Positions 1 to 12,700 of a DNA stretch of 64,000 nucleotides are shown one piece after another. A program made the translations under genes and the position numbers. The notes beneath the pieces were generated by a model that was not told the DNA's origin, did not search any database, and worked only from the letters and a program-made list of their open reading frames with translations. The DNA is from Tubiluchus corallicola (Eukaryota; Animalia; Priapulida), in NCBI GenBank assembly GCA_030141605.1, contig JAQGDQ010000307.1, positions 124,001 to 188,000 of the forward strand, in the 5' to 3' direction. Position 1 is the stretch's first letter, and every line of letters starts with the position of its first letter.

Positions 1-560
1 AATTTAGCTATTCAAAATCACCAAGGCATCAGATATATTTCACGATTAAAACATATCACACTTTCTCAAATTTGAGTATGTTTGCATAGACAAGTTAAAA
101 GTCTTAGCAAAGGTAAAACATGCATTTTAGAGCATTTTATTTACAGCATTATTACATTATAACAAAATGCCAGTATTGATCATGCAAAGCATAATTATTA
201 TATTATGTAACAATATGACATTCTTTAAAAAAATACTGACCAATTACCATATGCTGCTATTGTATATGACATGTACTTACTATTATTCACATGAGTATAC
301 ATCACCCACACTTTCATGTATTCACACAATTATTAAATGAACTATATAAACCTTAGCTTTGAATGATTTGCGCAAACTGTTTGGGTAAAGCTCAGCTCAG
401 CTGTAGAACATTGTATTCAATTCCTGATTAGAGAGACTCCAAATATTTCTTTGTCAGTCTGATGAATATAAATGGTATTAGAATCTTTGAAGTAGCAGAC
501 ATCAAGTTTTTCTTCTGTGTCTTTTATAAGTATGTGCCTAAACTTCATGTCTTTACTTAC

Positions 561-3064
561 ATGTATAATCCACAAAATCTTCTGGTGCATCCCTGTCTAA
601 AGCAAGTGCCTCAATGTTGCGCCAGTGTTTCTGCAGTACTAAAAAATGAATCAAATATAAATAGCCTGTCAAATTCGAAGCTGAGTCCTCTACATTGTGG
701 CACTTGACATTGTGCATGTTAAATTTAATAAAATTTTTCTAGTGTTTTGGTCAGGATTCTCACAATAAAAGCTAGACAAAAAATGACTGATTGCTGAAAA
801 ATTGACTGTAGAAAACAGAAAAATTTGTATAGTACTACTTTTGCATGACTAATGCTAAGTTGCCAGCAAAGTTATGTACTTAATTATAATATGGAAAACA
901 AATGGTGTGTAAGGCTTTTACCCATAAAGGGAAATTTTTTTATAAAATCTTGAGCTGCAAAATTCAAATCCATTAAAAAACAATAAGTTTTATTATTAAT
1001 TTTATGAGCACAATGTAAATGATCTGCAATATTCTAATATTTTTTTACTATATAGGCAAAATAGCTGAATAAATGTAGGAATCACACATTCTCACAAATT
1101 TTTCTGAAAAAAACTTCTATAGCCAGAATTTACAGCAAAAATGCACAAAAGACGAAAAAGGTCAAATCTACCATGGTATTAAAAAAGGTAACAAAACTTA
1201 CCTGGATTCTCAAAAGATTCTGGGCTATACTTGATTTTCAGCTTTTTCACGATTTCCTTGGCTTTGTTGATTTGATCCTGGTTTGCTGTAAAGAACGAAA
1301 GACTTTTCATTTTCTCAAGAACAACTTAGTAATTAATAGCAGCTATTACAAAGGTCCAATAAGCAATACAAATGATAAAACCAATTTGCAGCAAAAAATA
1401 GAAGGTGTTTTAAGCTTCTGCAACAGGACAATCACATACCAAAATGAAGACCATGCCACTATAAATTTATAGGAAAGAGTTTTTGTTCTTATACTGTTAA
1501 ATACATGTTTTCACTTCAACAGAAAGAAAGAACTGGACCGCAGGCCTAACCTTCATTTTGAAAATAAAATACTTTTAAATATTTCTAAAAACTATTGGCT
1601 GGAAAGTGAAAAGGTGCAAATAGCTAAACAATAAACCTAGAAAGCATTTAATACAATATTAAATAATAATGTATTAATAATATTAAATAATATTATTAAT
1701 AAATAATAATGTATTAATAATATTCATATTCATGTGGCATCCATATATGATGTGCCAGGTGTGCTCACTTTGTGAAGTAAACTACACACCTTGAATTACA
1801 AGCAGAACAACTTGGGAAATGATTATAATTACCTTTAGCATAGTCACTAGGATACTGCAGTTTACGCATGTCATCTGCGAAGGGTAAAAAGATCACATGA
1901 AATCCAGGCGGAGTTATTTGTATATTATGATCATCTACTTCTTCTTGCTAAAAGGCGATACCAATAAGAATAATAAAAAATTATTACTAATTACCCCTGG
2001 TTACTTCACTGGCCATATAACATAGCTATATGTTAGCATGCGTGAATTAATTGACCTCAAATATTATGCTATATTAAATATAGAAATAAGCATTAATTTG
2101 CAATCCTACTAGTTTTGAATAATTGTAAAAAGGGAACACCTGCATTCTTGCAGTTACTTAAAAAATTGCAATATTATCAGCAATAAATGATGCACCTGTA
2201 ATAAGATGAGAAGCAGTCATCACATTTTTTCAAATCCAACAAAAAACTTCACATGTAGTACGTTGCTTAATTATTGCAATTGAACTCCCTGGAAAGTCAT
2301 CCTGTACATGCACATTTTCAGAACATGAATTCAATTTATAATCTGATTAATATAAACATTTCTTTCTATCTACCTGTGGTAATAAAGCCACAAATCTGGG
2401 TGGTGCATTGCGACGAGGAATGAACTTGCAGATTGGTGAAACTTGCCGATCTATGCATTTCCTAAGCAAAGCAGCAAATGCTACGGTGCTACCAGTAACA
2501 GACTGAAAAAAACAAATTTTCAAAAAATTGCAATATTGTATACTTATTAAAAAGGTACAACTGTGGAAACCAGAGCAACTCTTTGTTTAGCTTCAGTTTG
2601 GCAGCCCAGTTTTAGTTTCCCCAAAACAAACAATTTAGTAAACAGCTCTGCTACAATAAATCAGACTCCTTAGCTCAGTCAGTTAGGTCTAGTTTGCATA
2701 GTTTATGATTGTTTAAAACTCAAGTTGGTTATTAACAGTTGTTATTGGTTCTAGGTGTATTAACTTCTTGGCTGTCATTACTTGCACAATATTTCAGCGG
2801 CTCTATGAGGAAAAGAGAAGCCGGGATGGATAGTGAAAGACACTACCAGTATTAATTTCTGAGCATCCATGTACAGCTGCATTCTCCCCAGTAAGTGGAA
2901 ACTGAATGGGCTGATGATTTAGAGATAAAGTTAGTATATAAAGTTATTCAGCAATGTATAAGAAGCAACACTACAAAATACAACTTCAGCTAGCGTACAA
3001 ATAGCAGAAATAAAGCTCATATTTTGTAGCACTGCCAAATACGGCTAGAATGCCCTGATAAGCA

Positions 3065-3095
<31 letters not shown>

Positions 3096-6000
3096 AATAC
3101 AGTAGAAACAACACTCTAAATACTAGCCAAGCAATCTAACTAATTGCCATTTGTTAGCAGATTATACTGATATTTCACTTTGGAATAAACTAAAAGAATG
3201 ACCTAAAATTTTTGCAAGCAACACTTAGCATTACAATTTTCCAGAGATTCTTTATTTTCTTCTTTTAACAATTATAATCAAAACAACGGCGTGCTTTGCG
3301 TCACCTGATGCATTACACTTTCAACATTCTAAAGTTTAGATAATCAGACAAGAAAATCAAATTTCACGCATTTTATATCACACAAAGCCAATAAAAATAA
3401 ACATAAATGTCTAATGTTTAATTGATAGTGAAGTACACTAAACAATCTTTGAATCTTTCTTCACTTACAGATTCATCAGGATAAATAAACTGCGCGGGTT
3501 TCACGTGATAATATCCTTTCAGATACGACCTCGGTTTGAATCCCATCAATACCAAACCTGCATAAAAAAACATTAGATCCACACCATAAAGTTGTTTTGT
3601 GAACTGATTATAGTTAAAATAAATTATTACACAAACTGTACACAAACACACACAAAATCTGCATAAATAAACATTAGATCCATATAAAGTTGTTTAAAAC
3701 TGGTTATAGTTAAAATAAATTATTACACATAATAATAATTACACATATTATTCATAAACATACACTACTTTAAATTACTATACAAATTAAAGTCAGAAAT
3801 ACACTTATTTGACAATCCCAATAACTAATATATGTATAAGGAAAAAAATCTGAGATAAAGAAAAGATCTGAGTGATGGAATTCATTGACAGTCTATTGGT
3901 GATTATTTATTGGTCACTCTCAAGTTTTCAAATTAAAGCAGTTTGTACAGCGTGCCCCAAAAAGTACCCCTCCCCCAAATCAGTTTAAATCACATTTTGA
4001 GCACATCTATGAAACTTATAAGACATAAGTAGTATATCATGGCACGTTCAGACGTAGAGACTTCTCTCGTAGTTCGTTGCGCAACTTCTCACTGAGAGTA
4101 AAGTTACAACTTGTGGACGATTTGGCAACTTCTCTCACAACTTGTTATAACGTGTGGACGGCTTTGCAAGCAACAAGTTTAGAGAGAAGTCTCTATGTCT
4201 GAACATGCCATTAGTTGTTCTAGTATATTCTTATAAAGTTTTGTGACAATCCACTATGCGTTGGCAGAGCCTTGATTTATTATCAAAATGAAGTTTGCCA
4301 CCATCTTGGATTCAAAATGCCAGATCGAAAACTGGAACCCATCAGTAGATGCAGAATTCACTTTAGTATATTCCTTTAAAGTTTCATGATGTTGACTTCA
4401 AAATGGTTGACTGAAAATCAGATTAGGTAAATAGGTGCACAATTCATCCTAACATATTCCTATAAGTTCCATAATCTGTTGAAAATTAGCAGAGGCTTGG
4501 GCTGTTTTCGAAAATAATGTCATCGCCGTCACCTTGAACTCAAAATGGTAGATAAAAAATCCGATTCCTTCAATCGTTGCAGAATTCGTTCAAGTGTATT
4601 CTTGTACAGTTTTGTGATGATCTATTGCAAACAGACAGAGCCTTAAGCCTTTCTGAAAAAAAGACGTTATTGCCATCATCTTGATTTCAAAATGGCAAAT
4701 CAGAAATCCGATTTTTTCAGAGGACGCAGAATTCATACCAGTATATCTGTGTGAAGCTTCATGACAATCCATTGCAAACTGGCTGAACCTTGGACTTTTT
4801 TCAAAAGGTCATTTCCCAACAACATCAAGAACAATAACATCCAGAAAAGTGGAGCTTTGCGTCTAGACTATAAAGTCTCGACTAAAAAGTAACATCATTA
4901 ACTAATATTTCTTGTACACTGTTTCTAGAATGACTTGGTATGAAGTCACATGTCTTTATTATGAACTGATCATAATCTCTAAGGTTGATGCTCTAATCAT
5001 GTTCATTTGTTAGATGTAACACAAAGTTTATTCAACAATCTGAGCCTTTACTTTTCATGAACATTACCTGGCTTATCAAACTGTTTTATACTGTCCACTT
5101 CATCTGGGTCCATATAAATCTTCTTACCACACCATTCTTGGTACTTTTTCTTATCTGTAGGTAATAAAACCTCACCGGTTTCCTAAATTGGTAAATAACA
5201 AGGCAGTATAGAGTGGTGTTTATATAGCATCCGGATGCGGATGCATTTTGGGGTGCAGAATAAATAAAATCGATTTATATTGTTTTCAATGCACTCGTTA
5301 ATGCACCATGGAAAACACATTTGCATGCTTTATCGATTACTTTATGCTGTAAATTTGAAGGGCATTGTTACCGAACATTTAAAAAGCTTTTACAAATAAA
5401 ATTCGCTATTACATTCATAAAAGTTTAATATACTAATAGATCATAGATTTCGTTTATCAAATTAATATAAAAGAACAAATAAAATCAAATAGCATCAGTT
5501 TACACATAATGACCTGTATAATCTAAAAGTTACTAGAAATAAAAAAATTAGATGTATGCAAATTTGACAGAGACAGAGGCAGAAGATAATGCAAGCTAAA
5601 CTTTGCATGGAAAGTTTCATGGGACCTAGTTTAGCATTTCCTTTTCTTTCCCTGATTTAAGTTGTGCATATATAACGCCATGTAATGGCGCAATCGGAAC
5701 AGCACTGAGGGAAATTTAAAATGACAACATACAAAAAATCCTTCCAACGTGAGTACGATATACGCATTATTGTTGTACAGTAATATAATTTTCTAAGGCG
5801 ATTTTTCTGAAACCTACTTCAGGTACCCTTTTTCTTGTTCTTTAAAGCAGCGACTACATGGGACCACGTATATCAAATTTCATCAGCATAGGAGCCAAAT
5901 GTGCCAATTAATAACAGGCCTAATTCATACTAGCAGCTCACATTATAAACATAAGTTCAGCAAACCAAAGATGTGCAGAGTCTATAGACGTAAATTGCAA

Positions 6001-9000
6001 GTATAAAATACGTGGAATATTTTCAACATTTCCGCAAAACTTGCAAAACCACTATGGTCACTATAATTTTTTTTATAAAATAGTCTGTGCATGATAATTG
6101 TCATTATTACTGTGGGCTCTTCTTGATAAAATCTCGAATAGGTTATAAATATTTTCATAATTTCCCATAAATTTAGTGGGTGTATGCAGTACTATGCAAT
6201 AAAACATGAAACAATCCCAATACTAATCTGTAAAATAATTCATCTACTTTCAAGAACTTTGGCCTTGCTGAGGAGCTTACACCACTTGGCCAGACCCTAA
6301 TAGTTGAGTCTCGAAGTTTAACTCTTCAAAACTTGAGATAAGTCGAGAGCTCCGTGAACCACGGGTTATTACAACTTTAAAGCATAGCGATGTAGTGCTG
6401 CCACGTGGTGCAAATATTTTAGGAATTTAGTTTTTTCCACTTCTTAAGTCTTCACATTATGCAATGCTAAGAAATATAACTTTGCATTTAAAGTTTTTGG
6501 GATATACTTTAAAACTGCCATTTTTTCCCTTTAATTAAATTAGCACCCGCAACTAAGACTAAACTACATCGCAGTTTTTACTTATAAAACCTTTCAAAAT
6601 ACAATATTTAAAGCATTCATAGCTTTTACTACCATTACCAAAGCATATTTTCACGAAAAAGTTACCAGTGACTCATTCACTCATGAAAGATTAGTTTACA
6701 GCTATCATATGTAAACAATGACAAAGTATACGCATAGAATTTGTTTTACTAGCGCCTTCTTGGAAGCAACAAGTTTCAGTTTTAGTTTTGCACACATAGG
6801 TGGGCGTTAAAGATAGAGGAAGTTAAATGGTGAAACAAGTGTATATTCAAAATTTCGACTTTGTGGTACTTTACGTAAGCAATTACGCTGATAAATTACT
6901 AGCGCATTATAAATTAAATACTTTATAAATATTGTTGAGAAATTGATTACACTCGGGTAAGTTTTTTTACGTAAGATCGACGCCTGTATCTCATTCATAT
7001 TGCAGGAACCGACTCCAGTGGGACGGTCCAACATAGGACCACATTTTAGGAACTATTGTGATAGGAATTTATCATAATACACAACCAGGAACTGAGCACA
7101 CAGAACAGAGTGGTAATAATGACTGAGACTGAAAATCATTGAATAGAGGCTAGGAATAAAATAAATGGCTTTTTCTGGTCAGGACCTAAAACAGTCTTAA
7201 GTCAAAAGTTCGATATCACAAAATTTATTTCAAATTGCTAATCTTCAAACTTCTACATTCACTATTTGATATTTAAAAAGGTATGTATGACAGTTAAAGA
7301 TGTATGCAAAAATACGTCATTCAAAAAAATAAGGACCTAGATGGTAACTACAGTAGAATCTCTATTATCCGGACGTCGGTTATCCGGAATATCGGGTTAT
7401 CCGGAACAACCTATCGGGACTATATAACAAAAACTGCAATTCATGGTTATTATCCATTTTAGCCTCAATACTATACTAACGCAAAGTGTACTGAGGTGTC
7501 CTGCAACTGCTCACCTCTCTTGCTTCTGTTGTTTGTAAAAGAATTTTTTTGCCGTTTCTGAAGAAAAATTAACTAAAGTAACACCGTAATTATCAAATAA
7601 TTTGCGGTAACTGTAACATTAACTGAAATGTTAATGAATAATGTTAATGAAACTAAAATGAATAGCTCCAAAAACTGAGAGGTTTATTTAATTCGATCAG
7701 GTCGTTTTAAGTGTAACCCCCACAGGGGTTTATTGGGCATGAAGTCAGACATTCAAACTCTCCCGATTTGATGGTAGACTCCCGATTTTAATGGCAACCT
7801 CCACCCCCTTTCTCTAAATTTTGAAATATTTCCATTGATTTTCAACAAATTTGTTAATTCAACGTAAACATGGCACAAAATGCGTTCTCAGTGAGACAGA
7901 ATTTCTCCTACCTTCGCCCAAATTAAAACAATCCTCGATCTACCCTGCTATGCAAGGCAAGAAAACCGTCTGGAATGCAGCACGAATAATAGTGGTGACG
8001 CGACTGCACTCAACTGCCCTAATAACACCAATTATGCAGTCATACTAAGCTTTTGGTTAATTAAATTGCTAAATTCTGGTACATTTGATCAGTTTGATAT
8101 GTATGAGTTTGTATATCAAGCTTGACATATCTTAGGATCATTACAGAGATCGCAAGCGGTGTTTAGCCCCACCCGCCTTGTCGCTTTGATAATGAAACAC
8201 ACGTTCTCACAAACACTCGCTGGCTGAAAGTTGCTACAACATATAAACAAAGGAGAAAACATGGATAGCTCCTGTGTTGTCATCTGCCAAAGTCCAGTAG
8301 AAAAGAGCAAAATTTGAAAAATAGCAGAAAGATAACAGGTAAATAATGGTCGTCTATTATAATAATTATTTCTTTGCTTTAGTAATTTATTCTTTGAAAT
8401 ATTAGCACCATTTGAGATTTGTTTCAATTGTCTAAACTGTTTACTTAGCTCATTTATCACTATCGTTTTATTATTATCACATATATGATACAGTACTGGT
8501 ATTTGTTTGGTTTGGTAGTAGCATGTAGCAGTTTAATTTATTGTCAGTAGAAAAAGTATACGAATGTTTAAAATATCAGCAAGTAAACGACCAGTAAATA
8601 ACGTGTCTTTTATTTCCCTAAGTAATTTTGGTAATCTTTTGTGAGATATCAGTAGTACTTCAAATATGTTTGAATAAAGTAGATTGTTTAAGTAGAATTA
8701 TTTACTACTATCTAATACCAGTTATTTTTGGTAGCTGCATATAGTGGTGGTTTAAATTCCTACATGTAGCCAGCAGTATCAATAAAATATTAGGAAACTC
8801 TAAACAGACAACAGGATTTTTATCAATTTTGAATTGGTTCACGTGGCCTCTCGCATGCTTCTATCGATTGGTGACACTTGTCTAAGTGTTTTTTATTGTA
8901 CCGAACATCCACATCATATGTGCCCCAAGCACAACGCTTCACCATTCTATACTCTCTTTCACTGCTGTTTAATGTAAAAACAGACACATACTTCTGCTGT

Positions 9001-9658
9001 ACATTAACATAAATACCACTGAACTTGGGAGATATCAGGTACCGGCAATGGAAAAGCAGAAACTTTAGCCTATCGACGACCAATCCATGGCTTTCTTTCA
9101 CGTGCAATTTTGTCGACTTTCAGTCGGAAATCACCTTCCCACACTCAGGACAGCGGTTGCTGTCCTGCACAGGATAATTCAGTGTTATCGATGTTTGACT
9201 CTCTTTGTCCTTAAACAGACCGTAAGTCGACGCCGTGGAATCTCGCGCTACCTCGTCGTTTCCAAATACCATCCAGGTATATTCATTATAATTAGTGCCA
9301 ACTATTAACTGATACTGCCACTGAAGATAGTCAGCTCACAGTGGAGGCATACAAACAGGCCACCAAAAACATGGTGGCATCTTATGTTGGCCTCCCCCAC
9401 GGGAGTTTACTGGTTGGGACCTTGAGGAGGTGTAAGAACATCTTTTCCGACGAGTTAAATCTGAAGTACAACTTACGCAAGTTTCAGATTTACAACCAAA
9501 ACAGAGTGCCTGAATGGCCATTGCGAGGTGGACCCCACTAGTTGATTAACACCCTGCGATCTATGTACTAAATAAAGGTAAGACTAAATAAAGACTAAGA
9601 ATAAAGACTAAGACTAAAGACTAAGTAAAGACTATGTACTAAATAAAGGACAAGGTAA

Positions 9659-9725
<67 letters not shown>

Positions 9726-12700
9726 ATTTGATATATATTATATCAAATTAAGTGTTAACTAACAAACGAAACCAGTTATATATATATATATATAACTGGT
9801 TTCGTTTGTTAGTTAACACTTAATTTTTGTTACAGAAAATCTTTTCTTACAGAAAATGTCAAATTAAAAGCGCTGTGTAGGATAAAGCTGCAACAAGACT
9901 TCCTGCAGCAATGTTACAACAAGATTTCAACCCTGGACCCACAAATTTAGGTTATAGTAAAGCAAACTGGAGCTGCGGGTCAACGCGTAGAGGGGCAACT
10001 GAACTCTTCTACCCTAAAATGCATTTGAGATGGGACAAGTGGAATGATATTACAACAGATGAATGGAATATTAAATACCCAGTTATACAGCACTCACAAG
10101 AATTTAAATTTACAAATGTGAGACATGATACAAATCTGCATGCCTTGCTAAACATAACCAAGGAAGGAAAATTCATAGGAAAACGGAAACGCAACTTTGG
10201 AAATCTTTCTTGGTGGAGCATAGACATCACCTACAAATTAACAGATGTTATGTGTGACTCAGAAATAAATGACTATTGCTGCTCCCCTGTATTTAGACGT
10301 TACAGTTCAAGATATGGAAATTATGTAATCAGCTACAAACTATCCGATTTAATAACCAAATATGGAATGGCATGCTGCGGAGGTAAGCTGCCGCGCCTGA
10401 AGGTGTTGGGAACATTTCTATATAAGCAACAGGTGATGCATGTCATAGTCATACACCCCCAAGGTATTAAAGAATTTGACAATTATCCAAAGGTAAAAAA
10501 AACAAACAGCATGGTTTATCTCAGTGAAGAAACTGCCGACACATGGATATGGAAGCCAGACTCTATGCTCTCAAAATATAATGTTTCTGTGAACAAAAAA
10601 TATGGAATACTTGATGAGAAATACTGTAGATGGGATCACGTTACATTTGGTTTCTACATAGGTGACAATAACATAGGTTTTGGTAGATTTGAGGCAGCAG
10701 ATGTCTTCATGCATACTAGGAATGTCTTCCTAGAAACAAAACCACCAAGTCACCAAAAATCAGTCCCATGTAAAAATGTCAGTGTTGAATTTAGCAGAGT
10801 TGATACTCACCCTATTCTAGCTACTCGTATAGGCAATGAATTTGTCGAGATCGGAGAAGCAAACCCACGCATGTACTCTAGAAACGATGTCTTTCAAAGA
10901 CAATGTGAAAGCCGTCCAAAACCACCACTTTATGCATGTGCTCCCCCCAACAATGGATATGGCTTAAAGCACGGAGCACATCCGCATATGCACATTAGAA
11001 GTTATACCTTCACGGTGGAAGAAGAAAGCCATTACAACTCAGCCTTTTGCAATAATGCACACATGCATTCAAGGAGAAATACTGTCCATGAAAGAAGTGG
11101 TCACCCTGACAGGAATAAAACATCAGAATGGATGTGCTTAATTTTGTAGTTGTTATATAATTTCAACGCGTTCTTTAATATTTCATTTTTTCACACCAGT
11201 GGGAATTGCAAAATGTGTTGTAACTACTAAACCAATCCCTAATGTATCACATTTTTGGAAAAAAAAACAAAAAACATGCTTGGAATGAATGCTAATCTTC
11301 TCACACTATTTTCTGCTACAGTATTTTCTGGAACCACCGGAAAACCGGAACAAATTTTGAAAACATCTTGGCTTGTTTGAGCAAACTGCCTGTTTAATGA
11401 AAACATTTGTGAATGTTCATGAATTGTATAATTTTAGTTTTTACACTTAGTGCATTAATATAAATATTTTAAAACCAAACTTGAAGTTTAAATTTCAATT
11501 AACATAATAAGTTTAAAGAACGTGCCTACATCAAGTGTGACATATGTGTGTACATTTGTAGAAATGATTTGCTTTTAAGCAATTCTTTACAATTAGATCA
11601 TTAAACTTTATGCTTAGTTTTTGTGTTTAACCAATATCCTGTTGATACAAATAAATGATAATCAAACTTTCATATAGTTTATGAGAAAGTTGAGAACGCG
11701 AGAAATATAAAGCAGCTTGCACGACCTGGCAAACAAACCAAAGTACATAATAACAAGTGCACGTGAACTTGTTAAAATTTTCTCGTATTTAAGCTGTAAT
11801 AACATAATTAGTGGTCAAGACATTTTAGCGATATAAATAAATTATATCTGAAATTTTACTCTTCTATAAAATTTAAATGAAACAGGCACCCAAAGACAAA
11901 AATGAATGAATTGCATGTAGCATTTGATAAAAGGGAGCAACTGGCCAATAGTGTGCATATTATTGGCATATTATAGTTGCAGTAAACGTTGCACTCTGTA
12001 CCATAATAACGTATATGGAGAGTCAATTCAGTTCAACTCAAATTGTATATATTTTACAACAACTTATACATGCATAACAAACGACCAAATAATGATGTAT
12101 GTGAAATATGCTAATGGATCAACATTATTATCAGAGAAAAAATCACTACTGGATAACTGTAATTGCTGTGGAGAGAAAGACATTTAAGTCTCCCTCACAA
12201 TAGTTGATAGATGCTAAGATATTGCTAGTGGATGCTATTAAGTTATATTTAACAACAAAAATAATTTCAAGGTTACCTGCATTCTGGGTTATGTAGTAAA
12301 GTTTGTTAATATTGTAAAAAAGTCATCATTTCAATCTTTAAATTATCATGAGTTTATAAACAAAGCTATAATGACTTAGCCTGTTAAAACCTGGTAGCTG
12401 ATCATGTTATGACAAAAAACAGCAGACAGCACATATAAATTAGTTAATTTCAGAATTTTGTAGTAAATCAGTTATATTATATATTTTATAATGTGCTCCA
12501 AAATAAACAGCGCAAGAGAATGTAACAATGACAAAATGAACCTGACTTCTGCATTATGCCATTATAATGAGACACTATTATTCCAACTTTTCGACCAAAT
12601 AACCTGGTATAATCACAATTATCGAACTTTGTATGTTATTATATTGATATGCTTACAGCATTTGTTAGCGAATAAATAGCTGTTAGTGCTGATGTTGTTT

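Noticed and set aside
1650-1735. AT-only scrambled repeat
   Set aside because: Low-complexity slippage product with no interpretable structure.
9404-9440. LLVGTLRR resembling a piggyBac transposase motif
   Set aside because: Too short, with no other piggyBac motifs and no TTAA-flanked ends.
7349-11353. Idea that the nested gene is cargo between a pair of pogo-type terminal repeats
   Set aside because: The weak second TA-CAGTA..CCGGAA motif at 11317 is in the same orientation as the first; no inverted partner or target-site duplication was found.
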